DNA of 64,000 nucleotides from NCBI RefSeq assembly GCF_018350175.1, contig NC_058373.1:114330001-114394000 (forward strand). The letters are read 5' to 3'. The notes under the pieces are model-generated. The model was not told the origin of the DNA. It saw only the letters and a program-made list of their open reading frames with translations, and searched no databases. This document shows, one piece after another, positions 23,522 through 35,210 of this stretch (the stretch's first letter is position 1; each line of letters begins with the position of its first letter). A program made the position numbers and the translations under genes. The stretch comes from Felis catus (taxonomy: Eukaryota).

Positions 23522-24688
23522 TGGATAGGTAATACACTCACATGGTCAAAAATAAAAACATAGAAGGTAATAGGTCATGTCTCACTCCCGCCTTGTCTCC
23601 CATCTGTCTAGTTCTGGACCCACATCCCTATCTTTATTCATTTCTTACATATTTTGCTTGTGTCGTTACAAGCAAATATGATTACAGATAATTGCTTTTT
23701 ACATTCTTTTTTTGCTCTAAGGTAGCATAACACCACATATACATGGTATTGTGCCCCAGGCTTTTTCACCCAACAAAGTATTCGAGAATTCTTACCCTAT
23801 CAGTAAGTAGAGAGTTTTCTGATGCCTTTCTGCACAGAGAGAGCGAGCCCTGAGGTGTTTCTGACTGGAATACCTCAGAGTTTCTTCCCAGTCAGCTTCC
23901 GTGTCTCTCTCCCATCCAACCCCATACCTAAAATTTTCACCCAAACCCAGAGCTATTTCAAATTCCCCACTCGCCTCAAGCCTTCTTAAACCTTTCTGTC
24001 CACCCCAGAGGATTTTGCACACAGGCACCACATCCAGCAAGGTCCCTGTAAAACGTAAAACAGTCTGTTTGACAGAGAAGAAAATGATGTTGCAAAGAGA
24101 GAACTGTCAAGCCTCTGTGTTTCAGAGAAAGAGACACCCCTTCGTTCCCAGAAGGCACCTGGACCTTCGCCACCAGGATGGCGCCCTCAGCTTCAGGCGG
24201 CCCCTCACTGTGGGGTTCTGTGCAGCCAAAGCTGATGCCCAGAGCCATGTTCATTGTGAGGAAAATCCCCCGTGCTGCCCCTCCACCCCCGTGTTCCCTC
24301 AGTCACCCAGCCCTCAGTCCTGTCAGACCCGGCTGCCTTCTTCCCATGCCCACCTCCCTGAAGGAGAGCCTCAGTTTCTGCCCTCCTCCAGCCCTGGCCA
24401 GCCTGGAAGCTGAGCCCAGAGGATGTGGTCTTGGGGATGTGGAGGCACCTCTCTGCCCAGTCACATCAGGTGAGTGAGAGCCGGTCAGATGGTGTCCCCA
24501 GAGCCAGTGCTCCTCAGCAGGGCATGGGTGGGGGGGAGGGAAGGCAGGCTGGGCCGCCATGCCGCATCTATCATCTCCCATGTGGTTATTCCCGAACCCG
24601 AACTCTTCAGGACCACCCCTCAACTGCTTCCTATTCCCAGGGGGTCTCCACCAGCTGGTCTGTAAGTCTCCTTGAAATAACATTTTGA

Positions 24689-24917
24689 GGGGCGCCTGGG
24701 TGGCGCAGTCGGTTAAGCGTCCGACTTCAGCCAGGTCACGATCTCGCAGTCTGTGAGTTCGAGCCCCGCGTCGGGCTCTGGGCTGATGGCTCAGAGCCTG
24801 GAGCCTGTTTCCGATTCTGTGTCTCCCTCTCTCTCTGCCCCTCCCCCGTTCATGCTCTGCCTCTCTCTGTCCCAAAAATAAATAAACGTTGAAAAAAAAA
24901 ATTAAAAAAAAAAAAAA
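24689..24917 (+). mobile_element. Young SINEC_Fc, full length
   Basis: Perfect 15-bp TSD GAAATAACATTTTGA (24674-24688 / 24918-24932), long A tail. Confidence 0.97.
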
Positions 24918-24939
24918 GAAATAACATTTTGAAAGGCGG

Positions 24940-25135
24940 CCTGTGTGGTGGCTATGAGCACTGGGTTCAGGGTCAGGCAGAGGTGACTTTGTGTCTTGGC
25001 TCTGCCCCTAACAAGCTCCATGACCTGCCCGTTAGCCTCTTAGAGTTTTAGCTTCGTTGTCTACAAAACGGGAATAAAACCTGTGTCTAAGGATCACTCT
25101 GAGGATTAAGCTAAGGTGGTTCTCTGAAAGTCTCA
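24940..25135 (+). mobile_element. MIR (diverged)
   Basis: GTGGTGGCTATGAGCACTGGG...GGCTCTGCC...TCTACAAAACGGGAATAA...TGAGGATTAA. Confidence 0.6.
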
Positions 25136-26864
25136 GTCTGACATCATCTCCTGCTCAGAGAACCGCCACAGTCTTCTCTCTTCTGCCTGCCCTGCCGAGC
25201 CCAGCATCTGAGCACTGGTGACAAGTGGACCCCTGGCCATGGGCACAGGCTGGCTTCAAAGAGTGTCACACAGGTAGCGTCTGCAGGTGAGGGAGAGCAT
25301 CGGGTGGCCAGTTAGGTTAGCAGTCTCAGTATGGGCCCTTCTGCTCCTTTCTCGGCGTCTCCAAAAGCATCTTTACTGCTCAAACCCATGGGGCCCAGAA
25401 GGCAATTTAGTGACAGCCTCTCCTTCCATAAACAGCCACTGCCTGCTTAGCTGGCGAGTTTTTCCTTCAGCCCCGGCATGCAGGCCTGGAGGAGGATCGA
25501 GCCTGGCTGTGGCATGACCTCTTCATAAACTCGGAGAGGGAGCAAGAGGCCAGGCTGGGGCTGTGCCATGTGCCACGGGCACCATGATACCCCCCTCCGT
25601 TGAGCCACCCAGAGGTCATGTGCTGGTAGGGTCCTCACCCTTCCCAGGCCCTGCACCCAGACCAGCCCCTGCATAAGAAGAAGAGTCCACGGTGCACATA
25701 TCCCACCACACTTAGACATGGTGGCCTTAGGAATTCATCCCCATCCAGGGCCCTCCGCACCCCAGCCTTTTCAGCAACTTCTTAAAGTGAGACGGGGACC
25801 CACAACAACACAATGCGTGAGCACTGCCCGGGTTTTCAAGGGAAGGAGTCAGGAGGATCCCCCGGTCCAGCCGTCTCCCCGTGGGGTCACTCCAACACGC
25901 TGTGTGTCGTGGACCGGATGGTAGGGAGGCCCCAGCAGAATCTGAACAGAATAAATGCCTGTGAAACGCAGCCATTTTTTTTTGTCCTTGGGTCCCTGCA
26001 TTTATATTTAGAAGTTAGCTCAACTAGGTCTGTACTATTTTAGGATCTGCAAAGAGCATTGGCAACCAAGATGCTAACTGGCCAGACCTGTTAGATTCCT
26101 GAGCACCCAAGGGCCAAGATGCAGAGTAAAGCCACCCCAGGATCCAGCACCTTTGACAACTTTCCTACGATGGCCCTTGAGACCGTGTCTGACACGACCC
26201 TGCCCGCTGAGCAGCTTCAACTTGAGTCACTACCCTCCTTTACTCCACCCCCAGGATCCTCCCTCAGTCACTCCCAGTGTTCCCACTTACCTAGCTAGCC
26301 AACCCTCCCTCCCCCTGGCTCACCCCTAATCCACCCTGTATGTCTCCGCTTGGATTTTAAAGTCTAAGTGCAGGGTTTATGTTCATTTTAGCCAGGCAAG
26401 ATCTTTTCAGGATGCTGGCCCCAGCCCCCGGTGTCCTGCCTATCTATCTCAGTGTGCGATACCCATAATTTTCAAGGGATCCTTCTTACCTTTTCTCATT
26501 GTTTCTTGCTCTTGTGGCTCTCTGTAAGTCATCAATAAAGAAGTTGGATAGGAATGGGGGCCTGCAGGCCACGGCTAGGGACTGCCCTCCTAGAAGCTGA
26601 CATTGATCCGCTCGTCTTCATGTAATGGCAGCAGTGGTTTTCCAGTTTGCTATGGAGCAAATCACCTCTAACTTGATGATATAAAATACCAACCATTTCA
26701 TTATGCTCACAGATTCTGTAAGTCAGGAATTTGGACAGAGCATACATAGCAGAGATGGCTTTTCTCTGCCCCATGTCTAGGGTTCCAGCTGGGAAAAGTA
26801 GACCACAGGGGGAGGGAGGGTGACCTGAACAGTTGGGGGCTGGAGTTATCCAAAGGCTTCTTTG

Positions 26865-27160
26865 GGAGGGCAGGGAGATAAGTGAAATAGTGAAGGGGAT
26901 TAAAAGTTGCAAACTTCCAGTTATCAAATAAGTAAGTCATGCAGAAGAAGATACAGCATAGAAAATAAGGTCAGTAATACTGTAATGACTTTGTATGGTG
27001 ACAGATGGTGACTACACTTATCACGGGCAGCATTTTGTAATGTATCCAATTGTCAAATCACTGTGCCGTAAACCTGAAACTAATATCTAAGATGGCAACT
27101 ATGTTTAAATCAAAATTTTTAATGTTTTTAAGAAATTAAAATAAACAAACTATCAATAAA
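26865..27160 (+). mobile_element. Carnivore L1 3' end (5'-truncated)
   Basis: AAACTTCCAGTTAT...TTGTATGGTGACAGATGGTGACTACACTTATC...TCAAATCACTGTGCCGTAAACCTGAAACTAATAT plus A-rich tail. Confidence 0.88.
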
Positions 27161-27176
27161 AAATAAAAGGAAATTT

Positions 27177-27410
27177 GGGGCACCCGGGTGGCTCAGTTGG
27201 TTAAGTGTCCGACTGTGGCTTAGGTCATAATCTCATGGTTCATGAGCTCGAGCCCCACGTCGGGCTCTGCACTGACGGTGAGAAGGCTACCTGGGATTCT
27301 CTCTCTCTGCCCCTCCCTTACTCTCTCTCTCTTAAAACAAATGAACAAACTTAAAAAAAAAAGATCACAATATGTTTTTTATTAATAAATAAATAAATAA
27401 ATAAATAAAT
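27177..27410 (+). mobile_element. SINEC with extra 3' tag and (AATA)n tail
   Basis: GGGGCACCCGGGTGGCTCAG head; degenerate TSD AATAAAAGGAAATTT / AATAAAAGCGATTT. Confidence 0.92.
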
Positions 27411-27517
27411 AAAAGCGATTTATATACCAAGGAAGGAAGGAAGACAGGCAGGTATCTTTGTTCACATGTTTTATACAGCATTGAGATGACCCAAAGGCTG
27501 GAGCAAGCACTCTAAAC

Positions 27518-27710
27518 TTTTTTTAATTATCTTTAGAGAGAGAGAGAGAGTGCATGTGGGGGAGAGAAAGGGAGACAGAGAGAGAATCTTAAGCAGGCTC
27601 CATGTTCAATGTGGAGCCCGATGCAAGGCTTGATCCCACGACCCTGGGATCAAGATCTGAGCTGAAATCCAAAGTCGGACGCTCAACTGACTGAGCCACC
27701 CAGGCAGCCC
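27518..27710 (-). mobile_element. SINEC (older subfamily)
   Basis: GAGAATCTTAAGCAGGCTCC...GATCCCACGACCCTGGGATC...CTGAGCCACCCAGGCAGCCC. Confidence 0.93.
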
Positions 27711-28376
27711 TCTAAGAGCAAGTATTATAGGAGAAGCAGGCAGCAGCTGTGGGGCCTCTCATGAAGGAAGCCTTCTTCTTCCATACTCTACTGATCAAAG
27801 CAGTCATAAGACTATTGGCTCGGGGGGAGGAACACGGATCCCACGTCTGGAAGGAAGCAACATCTAGGAATTTTACAGCAGCCCTGGAAGCCTACGTCCA
27901 GCTGCAGAAGTACTTAGAGTCAGTACTCTCTGACTAAGTCGGGGCATACGTTCTAGCCGGCAGGCTACTCAATGGTGATAAGTAATCGAGGAGAAGCAAT
28001 ATTCCAAAATGTCTGACATTCCTGCCGAGAGGAATATAGGCCAGGCTACCATGATAAGAACCCTCTATTAGAACAGAGATTCAAGGTGGATACTGAGTCT
28101 CCAGGAAAAGGCAGAATCCCAGTTATCACAACTGGGACGTGCCGAGTGTCAGAGCAGTGGCATGTGACATGATGCTATCACACGGGTTTAGCTGAGCATC
28201 TTCAGTCCCCCTCCTGAGAGGGCATGAGAGTCTATGAAATGCCTATGCGAATACGTACAAATATATCTATGGCTTACTCCTGATCTGACAATTTGGACAT
28301 TGTATCAAAAAAGGAAGGGGACCAAAGCTTGTTCCCGGTGAACCCATGCATGCTTCTAGTGATCACCATAACTTTT

Positions 28377-28485
28377 AAAGATTTTATTTTGTAAGTAATC
28401 GCTACACCCAACGTGGGGTTCGAACTCACAACTCCAAAATAAAGAGCCGCCTCCCCCACTAAGGCTTGAGACGGCCGGGGACCCC
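28377..28485 (-). mobile_element. Short old CAN-SINE
   Basis: AAAGATTTTATTTTGTAAGTAATCGCTACACCCAACGTGGGGTTCGAACTCACAAC; degenerate TSD TCACCATAACTTTT / TCACCGTGCCTTTT. Confidence 0.85.
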
Positions 28486-29151
28486 TCACCGTGCCTTTTG
28501 AATGCACATAGACCATCTTTAATCATCTCGGCTGGGAGCAGTGCAGATCCCACTAGACTGGGACAGGGAGTGGGAAGTACGCAGATCAAGAAGGGAATAG
28601 GAGAAAGCAAACAGAGGAGGTGTTTAAAATTATTCCTAAGTCCCTCGAGAGATGCTAGAGGGAAGGTGGGATGCCAGGGCCAGGGCTTCCAGGGGGTCCC
28701 AGCCTGCCAGCAGTGTAGCTGTCAGCTCTTCATCCATGTCCTGCTTCAAGGCAAAGCCCCATTTCTCTCAGAAAGCAGAACATGTACACTGATGTGGGGT
28801 CACTTGAAAGCCTTTTTACCCCAGCGGCGGGAGTATCTGGGACTTCATGGAGGAGCAGCTGAGGGGAAACGGCTCAGAGCTGGATCTGGGAGACAGTGAG
28901 GAAAGTGAAGTTGATTTTTTGGAGGGTGCTATACAATACAGTTTTTCTGTGGAAGCTTGTGTGCAGTGGCCCAGGGCAGGAACACCTGCCATAGGTCATC
29001 AGCTTCCGGGGTCTGGCTCACACAATCCCAGAAGGCCAGAGCGGGGTCGTGGCTGCTCTGAGGTCCTGTAGTCCAAACCTCCCACTTGAGAAATGAGGAA
29101 ACCATGGCAGAGTCCATCTGGGTTCACTGAGTACCTATGTGCTCCCCTGCA

Positions 29152-29325
29152 TTTCTCCCCGCTCCCCTCTCTAGAGAAATACTGGTTAGTATAGGTTTAT
29201 TTCTTTCTATAGGCCTGTTTTGCACTAAAGATTATAAGTCTCTCCCCCCTCTCCTCTCTAGGGAAATACTGGTTAGTATAGGTTTATTTCTTTCCATAGG
29301 CCTGTTTTTGCACTAAGTTTATTTT
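29152..29325. repeat. Tandem duplication, period about 87 bp
   Basis: CCTCTCTAG(A/G)GAAATACTGGTTAGTATAGGTTTATTTCTTTC(T/C)ATAGGCCTGTTTT(T)GCACTAA at 29166-29228 and 29253-29316. Confidence 0.95.
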
Positions 29326-29989
29326 AATATTTAAATTTTGACTTAAGAAGGTCCTGGTAGCCCTGGAGATAACTGGAGGCACACCGAGGAGTCACGGAGT
29401 GAGGACTGGGAAAGTCCACTCTCATGGGTCCCTGGCTGAGAGAGTCCCCTTGGCCGGTCCCTGAGGAGACACAGATACCACGGCTCCTGTTAGGCCAGCA
29501 AATGAAGAAGTTGGATTGGACCACATTAAAGCAAGATTTCTTCAAAAAATCCAAATCGGATCCAGGTTCCTCTTCTTCACACCACAGAGAATGGGTAAAG
29601 GGGATCTTCTAGGGCTGCTTCCTCTTTCAACAGAAAGTGGAATGGCTACAAGCCCAAGGGTGGCCACTTGCGTCTGGGAGTAGGCGACACGTTAAAGGCC
29701 AAGTTTGGGGACTCAAGCTTTCTGGGGCCCTGTGCTCTCCAAACTCTATCCTCAGCCACAGGGAGCCCAGACTCCCCTGTAGGCCCCAACCCTGTCTATC
29801 TACCTGGGCCTCCCTGATCTGGATGTCACTTTAGACTTTCACTTGCACTGTCCTCCTTATCAACACTCAGATGGATAACTCAGTTCTGGGATCCCCTCTC
29901 CCCTCCAGTTTTTTCCTGCTTGGGCCTTCATAATCTGAGTTCCATCTTGATCTAGATCCTGAAACTGTTCCCACCAAGGCCATACCAAG

Positions 29990-30210
29990 ATGCTAGTGGA
30001 AACTAAGAATCTTAGCTTCAAACCAGGCCCATCACTTACACGTTTGTGACCTTCAGCAAGCTATTTCTTTTCTCTGGTCAGTTTTCTCATCCGCAAAATG
30101 GGGATAATAATAGGACCTGTCTCTCAGGGCTGCTGTGAAGATGAAGTGAGGTGATGTGAGTTAAGCGCTTGGCAAAATGCCCGAGTCACATGGTCTATCA
30201 TGTGATGAAT
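29990..30210 (+). mobile_element. MIR
   Basis: TGTGACCTTCAGCAAG...CAGTTTTCTCATCCGCAAAATGGGGATAATAATAG. Confidence 0.8.
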
Positions 30211-30254
30211 ATAGCAATCCTTCATCCAAACCCTTGGGTCCAAAGATCATTTTT

Positions 30255-30695
30255 CATTTTTTTAACCGAGAAATAATTGACATATAACACTGTATTCATT
30301 TTAGGTGTACAATTTAATCCTTTGATATACGTATATATTGTGAAATGATTACTATAGCAAGTTCAGTTAACATCTGTCTCCATACATAGTTACAATTTTT
30401 TTTCTTTTGATGAGAGCTTTTAAGATCTTCTCTCTAAGCAACTTTCAAATATACAGTATAGTAATGCTAACTATCATTCCCATGCTGTACCTTACATCCC
30501 CAGGATTTATTTATCTTATACTGGAAGTTTGTATCTTTTGACCACCTTCCCCCATTTTGCCTGTCCCTGAACCCCCACCTCTGGCAACCACAAATCTGTT
30601 CTCCACATCTATGAGTTTGGTGTGTTTTTAGGTGTTTTGTTTTTTTAGATTTCACATAAAAGTAAGATCATACAGTATTTGACTTATTTCATTTA
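30255..30695 (-). mobile_element. L1MA9-like 3' UTR
   Basis: AATTGACATATAACACTGTA...TTAAGATCTTCTCTCTAAGCAACTTTCAAATATACA...CTGGAAGTTTGTATCTTTTGACC...CTCTGGCAACCAC. Confidence 0.88.
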
Positions 30696-30863
30696 TTTTT
30701 TTCTTACTTTAGAAATAAAAGAAAGAGTCAGGCACACTCATGATTCTACAAGTAACCACATCAACATTCACTTGGAGGAGTTTAAGTAGAAATAATGAAG
30801 AGCCTCTCCAGTTCGGGTCAAGTTCTGCTGCCAGGTAAGATTCGGTCCAAAATAACAACAACA

Positions 30864-31063
30864 GGGGCCCCTGGGTGGCTCAGTTGGTTGGGCTTCTGAC
30901 TCTTGACTTCGGCTCAGGTCATGATCTCACGATTTATGAATTCGAGCTCCACGTCAGGTTCTGCCCTGGCAGTGTAGAGCCTGCTTGGGATATTCTCTCT
31001 CTGCCTCTCCCCAACTCGTGCTCGCTCTCTCTCTCTCTCACACACAATAAATAAACTTAAAAC
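30864..31063 (+). mobile_element. SINEC
   Basis: Head GGGGCCCCTGGGTGGCTCAG; TSD CCAAAATAACAACA (30847) / CCAAAATAATAACA (31081). Confidence 0.93.
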
Positions 31064-31569
31064 AAATTTATTGAAAACCCCCAAAATAATAACAAAAAAT
31101 ACAAAATAAAACCTTTTTTATGAGGTCTTTGGATTTTAGCTTTGTAGTTAAGGGATCGTGACTTTGTACTAATACTGTTTATAATTTACACGTTTGGGTT
31201 TTCTGTCATAACATAATATGTGCTTGATGACTCTTGCCCAGGAAGCCCTGGCTCCAGAAGTCTTCCACTATCTCACCCTGACCCTGAGCTGCTCCTTCAG
31301 TATCTCATAGCCCAAGGGGTTGGTGTTGTAGAATCTGAGATCCTTTGAGATTGATATCTGCTGCATAGCCCCACATACCTAAGTCAACTCTTTGAGGGCA
31401 GGAACAGTGTTTTCTACTTATCTGATCTCCTTAATAACGAGTACAGAGTTGAGTATACAGCTGGTGCTTAACACATGTGCCCTGCATGAATTCAGCTGAC
31501 CACTCTGATTCTCCTTCTACTCTTGTCTTGCTTGGCACTAGAAAAGAGGACACGGTGTAAGGGAACCAA

Positions 31570-31685
31570 GATCCCTTCAAATCGCCACTTCAAATCTTTG
31601 GCGTAAATACCCAGGAGTGGAATGGTACTTTTATGTTAATTTTTTGAAGAACCACCACACTGTTTTCCATGGTGGCTTCAATCCA
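31570..31685 (-). mobile_element. Short L1 ORF2 fragment
   Basis: TAAATACCCAGGAGTGGAAT...TTTTTGAAGAACCACCACACTGTTTTCCATGGTGGCT. Confidence 0.75.
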
Positions 31686-32474
31686 TTTTAGTTGTTATTA
31701 TCTCTTCATCCATTCATTCACCAGACAAGTAGTGAATGAATGGCGTCTAGGTGCAGGCACAATGCTAGGTTCTGGGGATACACAGGGAGGCCACAGACAG
31801 GCAGCACATAGTAGGCCCTTAGGTACTGGCAACATTTATAAATGCACACTTTGCCTCCAGTTTGCATCCCCCACTTAGCTCCCCTCACCTGATAACTCCT
31901 CCTTGTCCCCTCTGCGGCTCTCCACCAATTGGATGATCCTTCCCCAGCATCAGTCCCTCTTTCCCATCATCTCTGCAACAGAAGGAACCTCCTTCTCAGA
32001 TTCCCCTTTTTCAGGCCTCTCTACCTGCCGTAAGGCCTCTTTGAATCAAATCACTTTCCCTGAAGTTTGTGGGAACTCTTAGCTATTATTAAACTCTGAC
32101 TTCCCAACTGTAGATTTCCAACCTCTCTTTACTGTCTGCCCCCTACACACTCCCCAAGCATCGTCACATACCCCTCACGGGCCCTCCATGCCTCCATCCT
32201 GGCATCTCCCCAGCTTATCCTGGAGTCCCTGTGGGGCCCAGCCTGCCTTCAAAGAATAGCAAGAGTTGGATTTTCCAACCAGAAATGAGAAACCCAAGTC
32301 GCCTTCTTCTGTGAAGTCTTTCCAGATGGATCCCACTCGGGATCTACAGAATCTTGCTAATTTCACCAAATCAATTTGGATTTAACAAATTTCCGTACGT
32401 GAACCCTCTCTCACCACCCATTTCCATTATAAACTGGAAGATTGATTTGGAAGAAAATGAGCTCATTAGCACAG

Positions 32475-32538
32475 CATCGTACACCTGGAACGAATAAAAC
32501 ACTGTATGTTAACTAACTGGAACTAAGATAAAAACTTA
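32475..32538 (+). mobile_element. Extreme 3' end of a carnivore L1
   Basis: GTACACCTGGAACGAATAAAACACTGTATGTTAACTAACTGGAA. Confidence 0.7.
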
Positions 32539-32653
32539 GGGGCGCCCGGGTGGGTCAGTCGGTTGGGCTTCTGACTCTTGATTTCGGCTCAGGTCTTGAT
32601 CTCAGTTCTTGAGCCCCACAAGTTCTACACTGACAGCGTGGAACCTGCTTGGG

Positions 32654-32700
<47 letters not shown>

Positions 32701-32760
32701 CTCCCCTGCTCGCTCTTGCTCTCTCTCTCAAAATAAATAAATAAACTTAAAAAAAAAAAA
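32539..32760 (+). mobile_element. SINEC with expanded (CT)n, inserted in the L1 tail
   Basis: TSD ATAAAAACTTA 32528 / 32760. Confidence 0.94.
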
Positions 32761-34254
32761 TAAAAACTTAGAAAAGCAAAACGAGAAGGCCTCCCAACAT
32801 TCTGCTGGGGCAACTATAGGACCTTATCCCAGTGACCTGGAGGGTCCCAGAGGCGGAGAGCCAGCCCCAGCCTGGAAGTGAGGCCAACCTTCCTCTTCTC
32901 CTACTGTGCGGCTGGAGAGATTTTCTGAAGGGGCTGCTCACCGCTTTCAGCCCTTTGTAAGGCAACTTGCCTCTGGATGGTTAATGTATACATTCCCTTC
33001 TGATGTCCCCTGACGTCTCCAGCTCACATCAAATCACACGGTTTCCTAAATCCCGGTTTTCTCAAACTGAAACAAAGGGGAACTTCTGTTTTCCCTTCTT
33101 CTCTCCACCCCCCACTCGGTTCCCACAGCTTCCTGGTAGGCCCCTCGCCCCATAACTGGCTGGGAATTCAGGCTCAGCCAACCGGAAACATTAGCATACC
33201 TAAAACCCACATTTACATTTTATTACTTTGTAGGAAGACGATTTACAATACAACCTACAATAAATTGGGGAAAAGAGAAATTGACACAAGTTCTCCTGGG
33301 CGGAGGGTGGGGGATATCTACCTATGTATTATTCTTAAGACTCTTTTTTTTTTTTTTTTTTTTTCTAAATTAGAAAGTAGTTAATGAAGTAAGCAGGCCT
33401 GTGGCATACCGGGTGTCTTATAGCCCCATGTTTCTGCCTCATTTACCCAATTCTTTTTTTTTTTTTTCTTTTTTAACCAGAGGAATTTTTCCCTAATGGG
33501 GAATCCCCTGATTTTGTATTCAAAGCTTTCCAAATGTGGTTCCTCCCCCTCTTTTTTGTCTCATGTATTTCTCCGTCAAGCACAGTCAGGCTGAGTGAGT
33601 ACACTTTGGGGTGCTGGAATGAACAGGTAGTAGAAGGGTCAATCACCCCAGAGGACCAATTTTATGTATTGGAAACTCTACAGTAAGTTTACGTAAACGT
33701 GCTGGAATTGGGTTCATGGCTATCTGGTGTGTCCAATGACTGATGGTATGTGTCCCCCAAGTCTATTATGTGACAGCAGGGATCCCCAGGGCCCTTGAAA
33801 AACAAGGGCCACACAAGTCTTTGAGAAAACTCCCCTTAGTTGGTGCAGCTAACCCTCTCCTAGTCACTCAGCTCCCAGTTCTGCAAGGAACACAACCCAG
33901 GCTGACCCCCACCCCCACTGTCAGCTCCTCTCCCCTTGGCACCATCCACAGAAGCTGGGGGCGCCCTGCGGACAGAACCCTGCTGCTCCAGATAGGAGGC
34001 TGGTCTGGGACCTGCTGTTGAAGACTCTCTGGAAGGCTGCACAGGGCAGGGGAGGTCAGCTTACCTGCAGCGGTCCCCGCAGAACAGCCGGGCAGAGGCC
34101 AGCCCTGCACTCCATCGGGACTCCAGCCCCTCACTTCGCCAGCGGCGTCACTCTGCCCTGGGGGTGCTATCCCTGCCCCTTGAGCACCCATATTTCACTA
34201 CCTGCCATCTTACAAAAATAAAAACGATCCCTTGGGACCAGGTCACTCTTCAGG

Positions 34255-35210
34255 TACCACCCTATTTGTCTTCTCCCTTTTACAAGTAAAAGTCCTCAAA
34301 ATAATTACTGATTGTCATGGTCACTTCCTCCTCTCCTCCCCTTTTTTCTTGAACCCTTTACCATTGGGTTTTGCTCCCACCATTCTCCTCTTGCCATGGG
34401 ATACAACGCTAACTACCAGTTACTTCTCAGTTCTCATCCACCCCACCTGTCAACAGTATTTGGCCAGGTGACTGCTCCCTCCTTCTAGAAATATTTCCTT
34501 CCATCTCCCTTGCCCCCCCCTTCCCCCCTCACCTGCCTGCCTCTGATTCTACCTTCCTGACTACAGTTTTCGGTCCACTTGACCAAATCTTCCTTAACTC
34601 CAGGCTCCATCCTAAAGCTTCACTTTTTCTGGGGCTGGGCTCACTCCCAGGGAGATACCACCCCCCCCCCATCCCATCTCTGTTTTGAGAACCATCCATA
34701 TGCTGATGAGTGTCCATCCTGGCTCCGACCTTTCCTAGCTGGGTGACCTCGGACAAGTCCTTTAACCTCTCTGTGCCTGAGGCTCTCCACCTGTGAAATG
34801 AGGGCAATAACAGCACCCATTCACAGGGTTGTTACGAGGATTAAGTGAGTTAGTATTTGTAAAGCACTAAAACATGCCTGGTGGGTTTATGTAAATGCTC
34901 TTTCCACCCCTTTGGCCTGGCCAAACTCCACTCACCCTTTAGGTCTTAGCGGAACTGTTACTTCCAGATTTCTGTGCACCTTCTTCTTGTTACCCTTATA
35001 AAAGTGTGATCCACGCGTTTCCTCTGTGACTGTTGACTTTAGCTATCTCACTGCTGCCCGGCTAGCCTCTGGAGAGCAAGGACAGTGCCTTCCTTCAGCA
35101 GTGCTTTATCCCCAGCACCCAGAGTGATGGGGGGCGGCCGGGAGCTTCAGTGAAAGTCACTGGATGAATGAATGAATGAATGAATGAATGACAGAACACA
35201 TGAATGGATG
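34255..35210 (+). mobile_element. L2 fragments with a nested MIR (about 34700-34900) and a (GAAT)n tail
   Basis: CTTCTCAGTTCTCATCC...GTCAACAGTATTTGG...CTCCCTCCTTCTAGAAA; MIR core GTGACCTCGGACAAGTCCTTTAACCTCTCTGTGCC; TGAATGAATGAATG end. Confidence 0.7.

Larger units (their letters stand above)
26635..27860 (-). mobile_element. Old MLT1 (MaLR) LTR split by L1 and SINE insertions
   Basis: CAAATCACCTCTAACTTG...TTATGCTCACAGATTCTGTAAGTCAGGAATTTGG; resumes near 27450 and 27711 (AAAGCAGTCATAAG). Confidence 0.6.
30211..31168. mobile_element. Tigger-like (TcMar) DNA transposon remnant interrupted by L1 and SINEC
   Basis: Ends CAATCCTTCATCCAAACCCTTGGG and TTTGGATTTTAGCTTTGTAGTTAAGGGATCGTGACTTTGTA resemble degenerate Tigger TIRs. 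Confidence 0.45.

Noticed and set aside
24168..24186. CTCF-like GCCACCAGGATGGCGCC
   Set aside because: One extra base disrupts the core spacing
28847..29071. Acidic ORF MEEQLRGNGSELDLGDSEESEVDFLEG
   Set aside because: Short, purine-rich bias, no homology recognised and no exon structure
29152..29325. Repeat-spacer-repeat pattern reminiscent of CRISPR
   Set aside because: Only two units in mammalian DNA with no cas genes; a simple tandem duplication
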